A program made the translations under genes and the position numbers. Below, one piece after another: positions 8,818 to 18,542 of a stretch of 64,000 bases of DNA (positions are counted from its first letter, which is position 1; each line of letters starts with the position of its first letter). This DNA comes from an uncultured Candidatus Poseidoniales archaeon (GTDB lineage: Archaea > Thermoplasmatota > Poseidoniia > Poseidoniales > Poseidoniaceae): positions 8,454 to 72,453 of the forward strand of contig CACODE010000002.1 in the NCBI GenBank assembly GCA_902625885.1, read 5' to 3'. A model generated the notes under the pieces. The model worked only from the letters and a program-made list of their open reading frames with translations, ran no database searches and was not told the origin of the DNA.

Positions 8818-9548
8818 GCCACATCACCTGCTTTTCGAGCCAATATTGCCTCGACCAAAGGCGGAAAGGTGGCCCCGTGTGGGTGAGGCGAAACCACGCT
8901 CGCGGCCTCGCCGACCGATTCAAAGGCCCCGCCTACAGCAACGGACCAGTGAAGCAACTCAAACATGGGCAGGTCGTTGGGCGCATCACCAACACACAAC
9001 GCATCATCAACCGACCAACCCATCTTCTCAAAGAGAACAGAAAGACCCTCGCCCTTGCTCAAATGCGGCTCCATCAAGTGAATAGCGAAACCGGTTCGGA
9101 CCACACTGAGGTGGGCCCAGGGGCTTCGTTGCACCGCCTGAACAATGGCCTCGAGCGGTTCGTCAGGGTACAGACACCATTCGCTTTCCCGCCACCTGTT
9201 GGTGACGATACCGTGCGGATTCACGCCATCGATTTCGTTAGCGAGCCATACCGCCGCTTCTTTCGCCTCCGTCGCCGAGGCGCGAAGCACCGGTTCGTCC
9301 CAATCGGGGTGCCACAAAACACCGCCATTTTCGCAGCACATCGGGGCTGAGAGACCCAAAAAACGCCAGAGGCCGTAGGTGATAGGGCGGACGTTTCCTG
9401 TCGCAAGAACAACGGGTATGCCGGCCTCTTCCAGTTCACGAACGGCTTGAACGGCCTCCATTGAGAGGTGTTTTTCTCCGTCCGTTATCGTGCCATCAAT
9501 GTCGATAACCACGACGCTGGGGCACCATCCCGGCGGGAGCCATTCCAT
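8814..9548 (-). CDS. Phosphoglycolate phosphatase, archaeal type (HAD subfamily IIB)
   Basis: VVIDIDGTITD nucleophile motif, VVLATGN, and CVGDAPNDLPMF motif IV. 4-nt overlap with the downstream ROK gene. Confidence 0.75.
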   Translation of the reverse strand: MEWLPPGWCPSVVVIDIDGTITDGEKHLSMEAVQAVRELEEAGIPVVLATGNVRPITYGLWRFLGLSAPMCCENGGVLWHPDWDEPVLRASATEAKEAAVWLANEIDGVNPHGIVTNRWRESEWCLYPDEPLEAIVQAVQRSPWAHLSVVRTGFAIHLMEPHLSKGEGLSVLFEKMGWSVDDALCVGDAPNDLPMFELLHWSVAVGGAFESVGEAASVVSPHPHGATFPPLVEAILARKAGDVA

Positions 9549-9624
9549 AACGAAACCCAGACGTTAGACAGGGATGAAGATTGCCTCGCCGGAACCTTCC
9601 AAAACAAAGCGATGAGATGGGTTC

Positions 9625-12339
9625 ATGAACACAGAGTTGGTGGTTTGGAGCATGGGGGAAGGAGACGAGGACGAAATCTTCCTGTCTCTGGAGGACGAAG
9701 AGCCCAAGGCGACGCAACCCGCTGCAAAACCCACACCGCAACCGATCGTCATCGCGGAGGCCGCTGAAGAGGTGATGGAGGTTGATGTTGTCGACAGCAC
9801 CGTCCTTTCCGACGCTGCCGGAACCTATGCCGTCAGTTGGCCCATCTTGGGCATGGATTGCCCTGACTGCGCTGCAAAGGCGACTCGCGCCATGAAGCAA
9901 ATGAAGCAGGTCTCAAATTCCACGGTCTCGGTGACGTCCGGAGAGGTCAAACTGGACGTGGATTTGGAGATTGGGCCGTTGTTTGAGGTCTCTTCTGTTC
10001 TGCGGTCCCTCGGCCACGCGCCCGACGTCGAATATCACGAACTTGTGGGCGTGAGTGCTTCATCCATCGCTCAGCGGAACGATGTGCCGGTGGCACGACT
10101 CAATCGCGTGATTCGACGTCAACCCGGCGTGCTTGATGTTGAAATCATGGACGACGACCGAATTCTTTTGCAAATGGTGGTTACCAATGACGAAAACCTC
10201 CTCAAGGCCAGATCGAACGGCTTGCGGAACGTCTTGGGGAGAGAACCGGTCTTCACGAAAGCCAAATCCGATCGGCTTCGTCCCGACCAGTGGCGATTGA
10301 TTGGTGGAGGCATTGCCTTCCCGGTCTTGGTGTTCGTTCTGATGGCCGAAACGATCGGTTTCGGCGGTGCCCTAATACCGCTGCTCGCCGTTCTCGGGGT
10401 CGCCGTTGGTGGTGTTCAGATGTTCAAGGAAGCCTTTGGTTCGCTCAGAACCCTCCAAATGGGGTTCCAAGTGTTGACGAGCCTGGCCGTGATCGGCGCG
10501 CTTATCCTTCAAATGTGGGAAGAAGCGCTTATCGTAACCATCCTCGTTGCGTTCACAATTCACCTCGAGGGGGATGCGCTCCTGAAAGCCAGAGACGCCA
10601 TGCAAGGCGGGCTTGACAGGCTTCCTCGAACGGCGCGAAAACTGCACGACTATCTCGACGTCGATGTTGGAAACATGGCCGCTATCTCGGTAGCGCCGAC
10701 CACGCACGCACCGTTGCTGACCGCCGGGCTGGGCCTCAACATGACGACACAGGAAGGACCGAAGTCGGCAGTTGTGCCGGTTGATCTCATCAAACCGGGA
10801 GATAAAGTGGAGGTGAGAAGCGGTGAATTGATTCCTGTCGACGGACGGATTGTTGAGGGATTCGGTGCCCTCAACAAAGCACCCCTCACGGGTGAATCGG
10901 TGCCCGTGAGCGTGGGCGTGGGTGACACCATCGAAGCAGGACTCGTTCTTGCGCAGGGTCCTGTGGTCTGTGAAGTGCTGGCGGTTGGCGACGATACCAA
11001 ACTCGCTGGCCTCATCGAAGCGGTTCACACCTTCCGAGAAGTGCCCCCTCGGCTCCATAGCGGTATTGAAAAATTCACGGCGGTCTGGGTACCAACGGTG
11101 CTTTTCGGGGCTTTTTTGGTGTATTATTTCGCCTTCCCCGGCGATTGGAAAATCATCCTGCTCCTCTGGGTTGTTTCCTGCCCTTGCGCTCTGCTTTTGG
11201 CCACGCCCGTTCCACACGCTGCGGCACTGTCCAATGCCGCGCAGAGCGGTGCTGTGTTCAGGGGAGGCGATGCCCTTGAGAGAATGGCCCATGTCAATCA
11301 CATTTTGTTGGACAAAACGGGCACGCTAACATCGGGCAAACCCAAAGTTGGCAGCATTGTTCTTGGCAAAGGCCGTCGGATGAAATCGGCGTTGCAGATC
11401 ATCATGGGGCTTGAGGCCCGTTCCAACCACCCTTACGCTACGACGATTGTGGAGCACTGCAAATCGGAAGCCATAGAGGCAGCGAACATCAAGAACCTGC
11501 GGGATATTGAGGCCGGTGTTGCAGGGCAACACGGAAAATCAGAAGTCGCCTTCATACGGCCCGACAAGGCGGAAACGATGGGGTATAAGGTTGAACAGCG
11601 GCTTGTTCAAGCCCACCAAGAAGCCAAAGCATCGGGCAACGGCGCAAGCCTCCTGGTAAAAGACGGTGTTGGCATCGCCGTTGTTTCCTTCATTCATGAC
11701 GACACGAGAGCGGGTTCTGCAGACCTCATTGAGTCGATGAAGAAACGCAACATCAACATTGAAATCCTGTCCGGAGACAATCAACAAGCCGTTTCGGAGT
11801 TCGCTCGCTCCGTCGGCCTTCCCGAAAGTTCGGCCCACGGCGAATTGAGCCCGGAAGAGAAGGTAGCGTGGGTTCGAGCCCGTTCAAGTTCTCACGTTAC
11901 GATGATGGTTGGAGACGGCTTCAACGATGCGGCGGCTCTTGCTGTGGCCGATGTAGGGGTCGCCATCGGCACCGGTGAAGCGGTGAACCTCGAAGCAGCG
12001 GACGTGCTTGTCCCGGGTGACGACCCGAAACTGCTGACCGAAATGATCGACTTGTCAAGGCAAGCACAAAGGACGTTGATGCAGAACCTCTTCTTTTCCG
12101 TGTTCATCACCATCACGCTCGTGTTCGCCGTGGTTCAAGGTTGGTACGACCAGCTCTGGGTGGGGGTTTTGATTCACGAGCTTTCGGTGGTCTTCGTGAT
12201 CATCAACGGTGCTCGGCTCGCTCAGAACGGTCAATCACTGAAGTTGCTTAAGGCAACCATACTCACGATGATTGAAGACATGAAGCTGGCGTTTGCTATG
12301 TTTCGTTCAAGATACATCCCGAAGAAAGAGAACGCTTGA
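9625..12339 (+). CDS. Heavy-metal-translocating P1B-type ATPase
   Basis: N-terminal HMA-like GMDCPDCAAKATRAMK, TM6 SCPCAL, DKTGTLT, MVGDGFNDAAAL. The last TM pair reads HELSVVFVIINGARL rather than the Cu-type MxxSS, so metal specificity is unresolved. Confidence 0.85.
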   Translation: MNTELVVWSMGEGDEDEIFLSLEDEEPKATQPAAKPTPQPIVIAEAAEEVMEVDVVDSTVLSDAAGTYAVSWPILGMDCPDCAAKATRAMKQMKQVSNSTVSVTSGEVKLDVDLEIGPLFEVSSVLRSLGHAPDVEYHELVGVSASSIAQRNDVPVARLNRVIRRQPGVLDVEIMDDDRILLQMVVTNDENLLKARSNGLRNVLGREPVFTKAKSDRLRPDQWRLIGGGIAFPVLVFVLMAETIGFGGALIPLLAVLGVAVGGVQMFKEAFGSLRTLQMGFQVLTSLAVIGALILQMWEEALIVTILVAFTIHLEGDALLKARDAMQGGLDRLPRTARKLHDYLDVDVGNMAAISVAPTTHAPLLTAGLGLNMTTQEGPKSAVVPVDLIKPGDKVEVRSGELIPVDGRIVEGFGALNKAPLTGESVPVSVGVGDTIEAGLVLAQGPVVCEVLAVGDDTKLAGLIEAVHTFREVPPRLHSGIEKFTAVWVPTVLFGAFLVYYFAFPGDWKIILLLWVVSCPCALLLATPVPHAAALSNAAQSGAVFRGGDALERMAHVNHILLDKTGTLTSGKPKVGSIVLGKGRRMKSALQIIMGLEARSNHPYATTIVEHCKSEAIEAANIKNLRDIEAGVAGQHGKSEVAFIRPDKAETMGYKVEQRLVQAHQEAKASGNGASLLVKDGVGIAVVSFIHDDTRAGSADLIESMKKRNINIEILSGDNQQAVSEFARSVGLPESSAHGELSPEEKVAWVRARSSSHVTMMVGDGFNDAAALAVADVGVAIGTGEAVNLEAADVLVPGDDPKLLTEMIDLSRQAQRTLMQNLFFSVFITITLVFAVVQGWYDQLWVGVLIHELSVVFVIINGARLAQNGQSLKLLKATILTMIEDMKLAFAMFRSRYIPKKENA

Positions 12340-12400
12340 CGCTTCAATTTGACGCGACATGTTCAAACCCTAGGAGCCTCTGTTCTGTCTCGGTGAGAAG

Positions 12401-12904
12401 GTGGGAAGAGTACGCGGCGACCCAATCACCACGGCACTGGCCCACCCTACGCGTCGTTCAGCCTACGTCGCGTTGGCTCAACAAGAGGAAATGAGCACCG
12501 TCCAGTTGCAAAAGGAACTCGGTGTTGACCGGTACAACCTCTACCACCACCTCAAGAAACTTGCATCGCTTGAGTTGATTGAAAATCACCGAGATGAAGG
12601 TCGCGCCCGATGGTGGAAAAAACGCTTGCACGTTGATCTTCCCGAATTGCTGAACGCCACAGCACCGCCCGCCGCCGCTCAAGAAAGCCTCCCGGCATCG
12701 CCCGCTCGGCAAGCCACGACTTTGGCGTCGCTTGCCGTGGACGAGGAAGGCAGGGACGTTATCGTTCTGAACCTCGAAGGTTCCCGGGACCAAGTGAGCG
12801 CCAAACAGCTCATTGTCCGCCTTTCCGAAGAGTTTGGATTGACCCTTGATGTCCCTTGGAATTTCATCCCAGAACAACTGGTGTTGTACTCCAAAAAGAA
12901 GTGA
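12401..12904 (+). CDS. ArsR/SmtB-like winged-helix transcriptional regulator
   Basis: GTG start. LAHPTRRSAYVALAQQEEMSTVQLQKELGVDRYNLYHHLKKLASLELI is a typical ArsR HTH. The C-terminal ~80 aa are unassigned. Confidence 0.7.
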   Translation: MGRVRGDPITTALAHPTRRSAYVALAQQEEMSTVQLQKELGVDRYNLYHHLKKLASLELIENHRDEGRARWWKKRLHVDLPELLNATAPPAAAQESLPASPARQATTLASLAVDEEGRDVIVLNLEGSRDQVSAKQLIVRLSEEFGLTLDVPWNFIPEQLVLYSKKK

Positions 12905-12908
12905 TTCC

Positions 12909-13301
12909 ATGACAGACGAACACGTTGTGGAGTCAAGGGTTGCGCCGCCGCCATTGAGCTGCCCCAAATGCGATGGGCTGTTGCCTTCCGGTCTCGGGGA
13001 GTTGGACTGCACGCTTTGCGATGCTCGCGTCCGTGTTGACCACCAAGCCACACGACGAAAGTGGATGGAGGAGAAAGTGCCATGCCCCGCATGCACCAAG
13101 GTCTTGGTCGCCGGCGTGGACCATCGGCCTGCCGAATTGAAATGCGGTTCGTGCGAGGCTTTTTTCACGCTCACGCCCAGCGTGCCGAGAGTGGAGGTTG
13201 AGTGCCCCGGCTGCAACCGAAATTTGAGGATGAAGCGGCGCCCAGGAAAGCGAGAGATCGCCTGCCCTGCATGCTTTACAGAATTCGTTGTTCATTTCTA
13301 A
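12909..13301 (+). CDS. Triple zinc-ribbon protein
   Basis: Three CxxC-x12-15-CxxC units: CPKCDG..CTLCD, CPACTK..CGSCE, CPGCNR..CPACF. ATG 12909 lies 5 nt after the ArsR stop; the track ORF 12846 start overlaps ArsR. Confidence 0.6.
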   Translation: MTDEHVVESRVAPPPLSCPKCDGLLPSGLGELDCTLCDARVRVDHQATRRKWMEEKVPCPACTKVLVAGVDHRPAELKCGSCEAFFTLTPSVPRVEVECPGCNRNLRMKRRPGKREIACPACFTEFVVHF

Positions 13302-13390
13302 GCCCCGCCCCGCTTCTGAGGTGGAAAAAGCATAGGCTACGGCCCTGTGTCCGTCGCGCTCCTTATCTATGAAGAGAAGTCCATGAAGTA

Positions 13391-15793
13391 GTGGATGGGA
13401 TTCCAATGGGTATGAGCGAAAGCCATGACGTTGAGGCAACGGATGCGACGCACACGGGCCACGGCATGACGGAAAAGATGTCACTCGCCTCCCTGAGGTC
13501 CCAATTCACCGCCACGAACATCACGACGTTGGATGATGCGGTTGACACGAGGGCTCGATTCCGACAGGAAGAACGTCTCAGAGCCGACTTGCGACGGGAG
13601 CGACGACTTCGCCAGCAGGCCATCAGCGAGCGGGTGAACGCCATGAAGGCGAACATCGCCAAAGACCTCGCTGCCCAACACGACCTCACCCTGGACGCTC
13701 TTGAAACCGAATTGCGTGGAACGATGGAGAACGAACTCGAAGGCATGGAGCGAGACGCTCTCGCTGCTGAAGAGGCTAGGGTGCGACAAGAATTGGACCT
13801 TCGCCTTGAGCGAGAAATTCAAGCCATGCACGAACGGCACGGTGTGGAACAGCACCAGCGTTTGGAAGAGCGGAAGACCGAGATGAAGGCTGCCATTGAG
13901 TCCCAACTTCATGAAGAATACGATCGCCGCCTCGCCATCCAGAAAGAGCGATTGCGTTTGGATTACAACCAGGAACTTCAGAGCCGCCTGCGGCAAATTG
14001 AGGAAAACCTCGAGCAGGAGATGGAGCAACGGTTCGTTGAGATGGAAACGTTGGAAATCAGCCGTCTAGAAGAAGGTCATCAAGCCCTGCTTGCCGAACG
14101 TGAGGAACAGCTGAGAAGGGGCATCAGAACGCGACTGGAGCAACAGCTTCGCCAGCGCCTCAAGCAACGCGAGGCGCGACTTAAGGTTGAATTTGAACGA
14201 CGGAGCCTCCGTCTTGAAGAGGACATTGCTCAGCAACTTCAAAGCGAAATTGAGACGCAACTGCGACGTGAAACCGATGAACTCGAAGACCGAATGCGCG
14301 AGGATGTTGAACTTGCCGTTGCCAAGCGGAGGGACGAACTCCGAACGGAGATAGAGCAACAACTCAACGAACAACAAGCCGGCAGGCTGGCCGAACGTAA
14401 AGCCCGCTTGAAGGCCAAATACGACGTCACGTTCAGCAAGGCCATCGATGACATCTCTCGCAGCTTGGAAGCGGAGATTGAAGCTGAACTTGAACATCGC
14501 AAAGAGAGCGAATTCAATTCGTACAGGCATGCAAGGGAAGCCGAAATACAGAACCGTCTCTCGAGGTACAGGTACGAACGAGAAGCCGAACTTCGTGAAC
14601 AGTTGGAAGCCCAGTACACCGTCAGCAAAGAGGATTGGACGGAGCGACTTGACCTTGAATTCCAATCCAGAGAAGCCGCTGCCCGCAAAGCGATCATGTC
14701 GGAGGTTGATGCTCAACTGCGCAACGAGCGCTTGACCCACGAAACCGACCTTGACCTGTTGAAGGAAGAGACGACACTTGAACTGGAGGTCGAGATGGAA
14801 GAAAGGCTTCAAGCCTTCAAATCAAGGAAGGAAGAAGAGGTCGCAACGCAACTTGAGCGCCAGCTGGACAAGCGGGAAGAAATCATGCGGAACAAGGCCC
14901 TTATCGATGTTCGAAAGCGTGAGGCACAAATCCGTGCTGAAATTGAGGCTCAACTTGGTCTCAAGCGTGCTGAGATTCGTGACCGCTTGAAGGGCCTTGC
15001 TGAACGGATGGATTCGTTCAAGGAAATGGCCGAAGAGAAAATGCGCGACGCCGTCTCGCAACAAATTCAGAGCGAAATTGATGCAGATGAAGGCGAACTC
15101 CGAGCGCGAGAACAGGAATTCAGTGCCCTCCAATCCACGGACACACGTGCGGAAAAGCGGCAGAAATGGATGCAGTCAATTTCCGGCCAAGCCCCGGCTG
15201 CCTTCGGTACTGGAGCGATGGACCCCACGGCGCTTGGCGCAAGACCGGACGGCCTTGGCGCTGCCGCCGGCCGACCCCTACGCGGCCTGATGGGGCAGCA
15301 AGCAAAGGAAGAGCCGCGATTGGGCCTTGGCAACATGCGTGCACCGATGACCAGTGCGCGACCGCTCGCCGGTCAAGTCCCGCCCGTGCGAAACGTACGC
15401 CAACCCATCGCTGTTCCAGAGCCCGTACGAACCGTACGAAAGCCGATTGCAGAGGCACCGTTTGAAACCCAAGACGAGATCGCCATGAAAGAGCAGGAGA
15501 TGGCGGAAGAAACCGTTGAAACGGTGGCTGAGGAGGTCGAAGAGGTTCAGACCACATCGCTGCTCAAACCGATTCGTGGAACCCTTCAGCCTGTTGAAGA
15601 GGCGGCTGAAACATCGACATTGACGCCTGTAGGCCACATGTTGGTGCCAGAAAAGAAGCGAGGTTCTCCTCCTCCCTCTTCGATCGGTACCGGTAACACC
15701 GCAACATTGCGTCCCGTTCGAGGCACGCTCACGCCCGTTCCGGACGACCCCGTTGAGCAAACGGATGCCGACGAAGAGGCCGACGAGGACTGA
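13391..15793 (+). CDS. Very long E/R/K/Q/L-rich alpha-helical (coiled-coil or single-alpha-helix) protein with a proline-rich tail
   Basis: 800 aa. About 550 aa consist of charged heptad-like sequence (EERKTEMKAAIESQLHEEYDRRLAIQKERLRLDYNQELQSRLRQIEENLEQEMEQ and similar). The tail has repeated motifs KPIRGTLQPVEE and LRPVRGTLTPVPDD. No TM or signal. Confidence 0.65.
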   Translation: MDGIPMGMSESHDVEATDATHTGHGMTEKMSLASLRSQFTATNITTLDDAVDTRARFRQEERLRADLRRERRLRQQAISERVNAMKANIAKDLAAQHDLTLDALETELRGTMENELEGMERDALAAEEARVRQELDLRLEREIQAMHERHGVEQHQRLEERKTEMKAAIESQLHEEYDRRLAIQKERLRLDYNQELQSRLRQIEENLEQEMEQRFVEMETLEISRLEEGHQALLAEREEQLRRGIRTRLEQQLRQRLKQREARLKVEFERRSLRLEEDIAQQLQSEIETQLRRETDELEDRMREDVELAVAKRRDELRTEIEQQLNEQQAGRLAERKARLKAKYDVTFSKAIDDISRSLEAEIEAELEHRKESEFNSYRHAREAEIQNRLSRYRYEREAELREQLEAQYTVSKEDWTERLDLEFQSREAAARKAIMSEVDAQLRNERLTHETDLDLLKEETTLELEVEMEERLQAFKSRKEEEVATQLERQLDKREEIMRNKALIDVRKREAQIRAEIEAQLGLKRAEIRDRLKGLAERMDSFKEMAEEKMRDAVSQQIQSEIDADEGELRAREQEFSALQSTDTRAEKRQKWMQSISGQAPAAFGTGAMDPTALGARPDGLGAAAGRPLRGLMGQQAKEEPRLGLGNMRAPMTSARPLAGQVPPVRNVRQPIAVPEPVRTVRKPIAEAPFETQDEIAMKEQEMAEETVETVAEEVEEVQTTSLLKPIRGTLQPVEEAAETSTLTPVGHMLVPEKKRGSPPPSSIGTGNTATLRPVRGTLTPVPDDPVEQTDADEEADED

Positions 15794-15852
15794 CACGCTT
15801 GTTAACACGAGCAAGCGCGCTGTTCATATCTGACAGGTTCGTGGGTGACGGT

Positions 15853-18282
15853 ATGAACCGTGCAATAGCGATGCTTGTCATATTGATACTTGGCACACAG
15901 GGCACGGCCGGGATTGCCTCCGCCGATTTGTCCCTCCTCACCGACGCCGGCCAAACCGACAGTCTTGACCGTCCCCTGGTGCTGTGGGCCCAACTCTTTG
16001 ATGGCGACATTCTCTCCGTTGACGACCAAGGCAACGTCAGTTTGAACACCTTCAGCAACGGCGTCATCTCCACCCAATGGAGCGTTTTGCTCGATGTCGA
16101 TGCCAACAATGCGCGCATTGATGATGCACAGGAACTGGTGACTGTCGCTCATGACGCAGGCGCCTTTGTGATTCAAATGAGCACGCAATCCGTCTACCGA
16201 AACATCTCCTCTCCCGACCCGGTCGACGATGCGATTCTTGACCAGGAAGGCGATTTGTGGCTGGCCTTTTTCGCTGGCAAACGTCGCGCTGACCAGTACG
16301 ATGCCAACGGCTTCACCGGCATCACCAGCAGCACCATCGCCTCGGGCATCTCGGCCTTTGAAATCCTCAACGATGGCCGACTCGCCATGGCCTCGTACAA
16401 CAAGAAGATCTACGTCCACGCCAACGACGGCACGCTTGAAACAACCTTAACCGAGCCTAACGGCATTGTTTCCAGCCTTGTCGAAATTGACAACAACACG
16501 TTGCTCGCTGGCACCACCGGCGGCACGGTTTACCTCTACGACACCGGGTCGTGGTCCTCGTCAAATGCCAATTTAGGCCATACCAAACAGACGACCTACC
16601 TCGGGCAGTACGGTACGATGTACATCGTTGGAGCAAAACAAGGCAAAGTGTCGTTCCTGAACAAGACCTCGTTTACGGTGATTGAAACGTTCACCGCCTC
16701 GGGCGACATCATCGCTGTGCTGCCCGAATTTACGGGCCAATTTTACGCCATCAGCGCCTCTCCCTCGGACACCAAGGTTCGTTACTTTGACCTGGACAGC
16801 GACAGCGACGGCATCAACGACAGCAACGACGCCTTCCCGCAAGACGCCACACAGTCCACGGACACCGACGGCGACGGATACGGCGACAATCCTGACGGCA
16901 ACCAACCCGACGCCTTTCCATCCGATGAAACACAATGGGCTGACAGTGACGGCGACGGGTACGGCGATAACGTCGCTGGCGAAAATCCAGACCTCTTCCC
17001 CACCAACGGCGACCAGTGGGCGGATGCCGACGGCGACGGCTACGGTGACAACAGCAACGGACAGGACGGCGACGTCTTCCCCGAGGAATCCAGCCAGTGG
17101 GCCGATACCGACCGCGATGGCTACGGCGACAATCCTGACGGTTTCAAGCCAGACAGTTGCCCGACCGTCAACGCTTTTTCCAGCATTGACAGGTACGGTT
17201 GCCCGGACAGCGACTTGGACGGGTATTCAAACCCGGACGAAAATTGGACCGTTGAAAACGGCGCCGATGCCCTTCCAAACAACCCGACCCAATGGCTGGA
17301 CGGCGATGGAGACGGGTACGGCGACGCTGCTGACGGTCAAAATCCAGATTCCTGTCCTTGGGAATTTGGCACGTCAACCAAAGCCGTCGTTCCAGACACA
17401 AACGCCACCGAGGGGTACATCGCCGAACCATCGTTTGGTTGCCTTGATGAAGACAACGACGGATGGGTGGACCGAACCGAATCGCCGCTCATGGCCATCG
17501 ATCCCAACGAACACTTTGACGGCGACGGTGATGGCGTTGGTTCAAACACCGACTACGACGACACAAAACCGTTCATCAAGGATGAGCAGGATTACTGTTT
17601 GAACAACAAGAACGATTCCACCGATGCCTGCCTGGGATGGAGAGACCCTGCGTATCAAGCCTACCTCAACACGGTAGAGGACGGAACGGCACCGCTCGGT
17701 TATGGTGCATGGAACACATCGCTAGAGGACGATTCAGCGGGCAGCAGTGAAGGCACGGTGGATGAGGAAACCATAAACCAAGTGATTGTTGTTGGACTTG
17801 TGGCCTTCGTTGGCATCACGGCTGTTATCCTCGCTATCGCTTTCATCATGAACCGAAGGAAAACGGCGGCCACCACCAAAGAATACGGTGGAGTGCAACC
17901 GGGTGCATCCTCTAAAGCGGCCGAGGAAGCCCTTGAAGGGCGAGGCGGCTTGTCTGCGGACGGTGGCATCATTTCAGACGCTTCGTGGGATGACGATGTC
18001 GCCCAACTTGACTTCGACAAGGAACAAGACGCCTACGACGAACAGGACGTTTTGGAAGAGCGCGTGGATGAGCAAACGCCAGTGACTTACGAAGAAGAGA
18101 GCATCGAAACGCTCGCCGGTGTTAGCGAGACAGAACGTCAAGAAGCCGTCAGCGATGCTGGCGTTCCAACAATGCCCAGCGAAGCACCACCGCTTCCCGA
18201 AGGTGGCCTGCCTGAAGGGTGGACGATGGACCAGTGGCGTTGGTACGGCCACGAATGGCTGGCAAAATACGGGAAAAATTAG
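15853..18282 (+). CDS. Surface protein with a beta-propeller-like N-domain, ~10 TSP3 calcium-binding repeats, a TM and an acidic cytoplasmic tail
   Basis: Signal-like MNRAIAMLVILILGTQGTAG. Repetitive beta-strand-rich ~300 aa. DTDGDGYGDNPDG / DSDGDGYGDNVAG / DADGDGYGDNSNG repeats. TM at VIVVGLVAFVGITAVILAIAFI. The track start 15799 is probably too far upstream. Confidence 0.75.
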   Translation: MNRAIAMLVILILGTQGTAGIASADLSLLTDAGQTDSLDRPLVLWAQLFDGDILSVDDQGNVSLNTFSNGVISTQWSVLLDVDANNARIDDAQELVTVAHDAGAFVIQMSTQSVYRNISSPDPVDDAILDQEGDLWLAFFAGKRRADQYDANGFTGITSSTIASGISAFEILNDGRLAMASYNKKIYVHANDGTLETTLTEPNGIVSSLVEIDNNTLLAGTTGGTVYLYDTGSWSSSNANLGHTKQTTYLGQYGTMYIVGAKQGKVSFLNKTSFTVIETFTASGDIIAVLPEFTGQFYAISASPSDTKVRYFDLDSDSDGINDSNDAFPQDATQSTDTDGDGYGDNPDGNQPDAFPSDETQWADSDGDGYGDNVAGENPDLFPTNGDQWADADGDGYGDNSNGQDGDVFPEESSQWADTDRDGYGDNPDGFKPDSCPTVNAFSSIDRYGCPDSDLDGYSNPDENWTVENGADALPNNPTQWLDGDGDGYGDAADGQNPDSCPWEFGTSTKAVVPDTNATEGYIAEPSFGCLDEDNDGWVDRTESPLMAIDPNEHFDGDGDGVGSNTDYDDTKPFIKDEQDYCLNNKNDSTDACLGWRDPAYQAYLNTVEDGTAPLGYGAWNTSLEDDSAGSSEGTVDEETINQVIVVGLVAFVGITAVILAIAFIMNRRKTAATTKEYGGVQPGASSKAAEEALEGRGGLSADGGIISDASWDDDVAQLDFDKEQDAYDEQDVLEERVDEQTPVTYEEESIETLAGVSETERQEAVSDAGVPTMPSEAPPLPEGGLPEGWTMDQWRWYGHEWLAKYGKN

Positions 18283-18542
18283 ACCCAAACAATGGGAAGG
18301 CTCGATTTCAAAGCACCGAGTTCTACACCCGTGTAGAGTGGTTTTCCCTCAACCTTGCACGTGTTCATAATCAACCAAAGAAAACCGTTCCAGGCCGTTG
18401 AATCGGCGAAGATTTCCACCTTGCCATGAATCGCTGCCATCAACAGGTTGGCGTGTTCTGTTTCATCGCTGCACAACGCCTTCACGAGGTCCTTGGCTCG
18501 GAAACGGTAGCCAGGAGGTCGCCAAGACATCATGGGCATCAA
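18279..18542 (-). CDS. Hypothetical 87-aa protein, 4-nt overlap with the upstream RHH gene
   Basis: ORF MMPMMSWRPPGYRFRAKDLVKAL... with ATGA coupling at 18539-18542. Its size and position resemble a type II toxin or a partition accessory protein. No motif recognised. Confidence 0.4.
   Translation of the reverse strand: MMPMMSWRPPGYRFRAKDLVKALCSDETEHANLLMAAIHGKVEIFADSTAWNGFLWLIMNTCKVEGKPLYTGVELGALKSSLPIVWV

Noticed and set aside
10372-11301. 309-aa minus-strand ORF
   Set aside because: It is antisense to the P-type ATPase, whose frame contains the CPC, DKTGT and GDGxND motifs.
12458-13216. 252-aa minus-strand ORF spanning the ArsR and zinc-ribbon genes
   Set aside because: It has no motifs and crosses two well-supported + strand genes. 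It is a GC-rich antisense artefact.
13481-15133. Multiple 100-250-aa minus-strand ORFs (for example 14066..14812)
   Set aside because: These are shadows of the GAA/GAG/CGN-rich coiled-coil gene, with L/F/S-rich nonsense translations.
16682-17602. 306-aa T/P/A-rich + strand ORF
   Set aside because: It is an alternative frame of the TSP3 repeat region of gene 15853..18282. The annotated frame gives canonical DxDGDGYGDN repeats.
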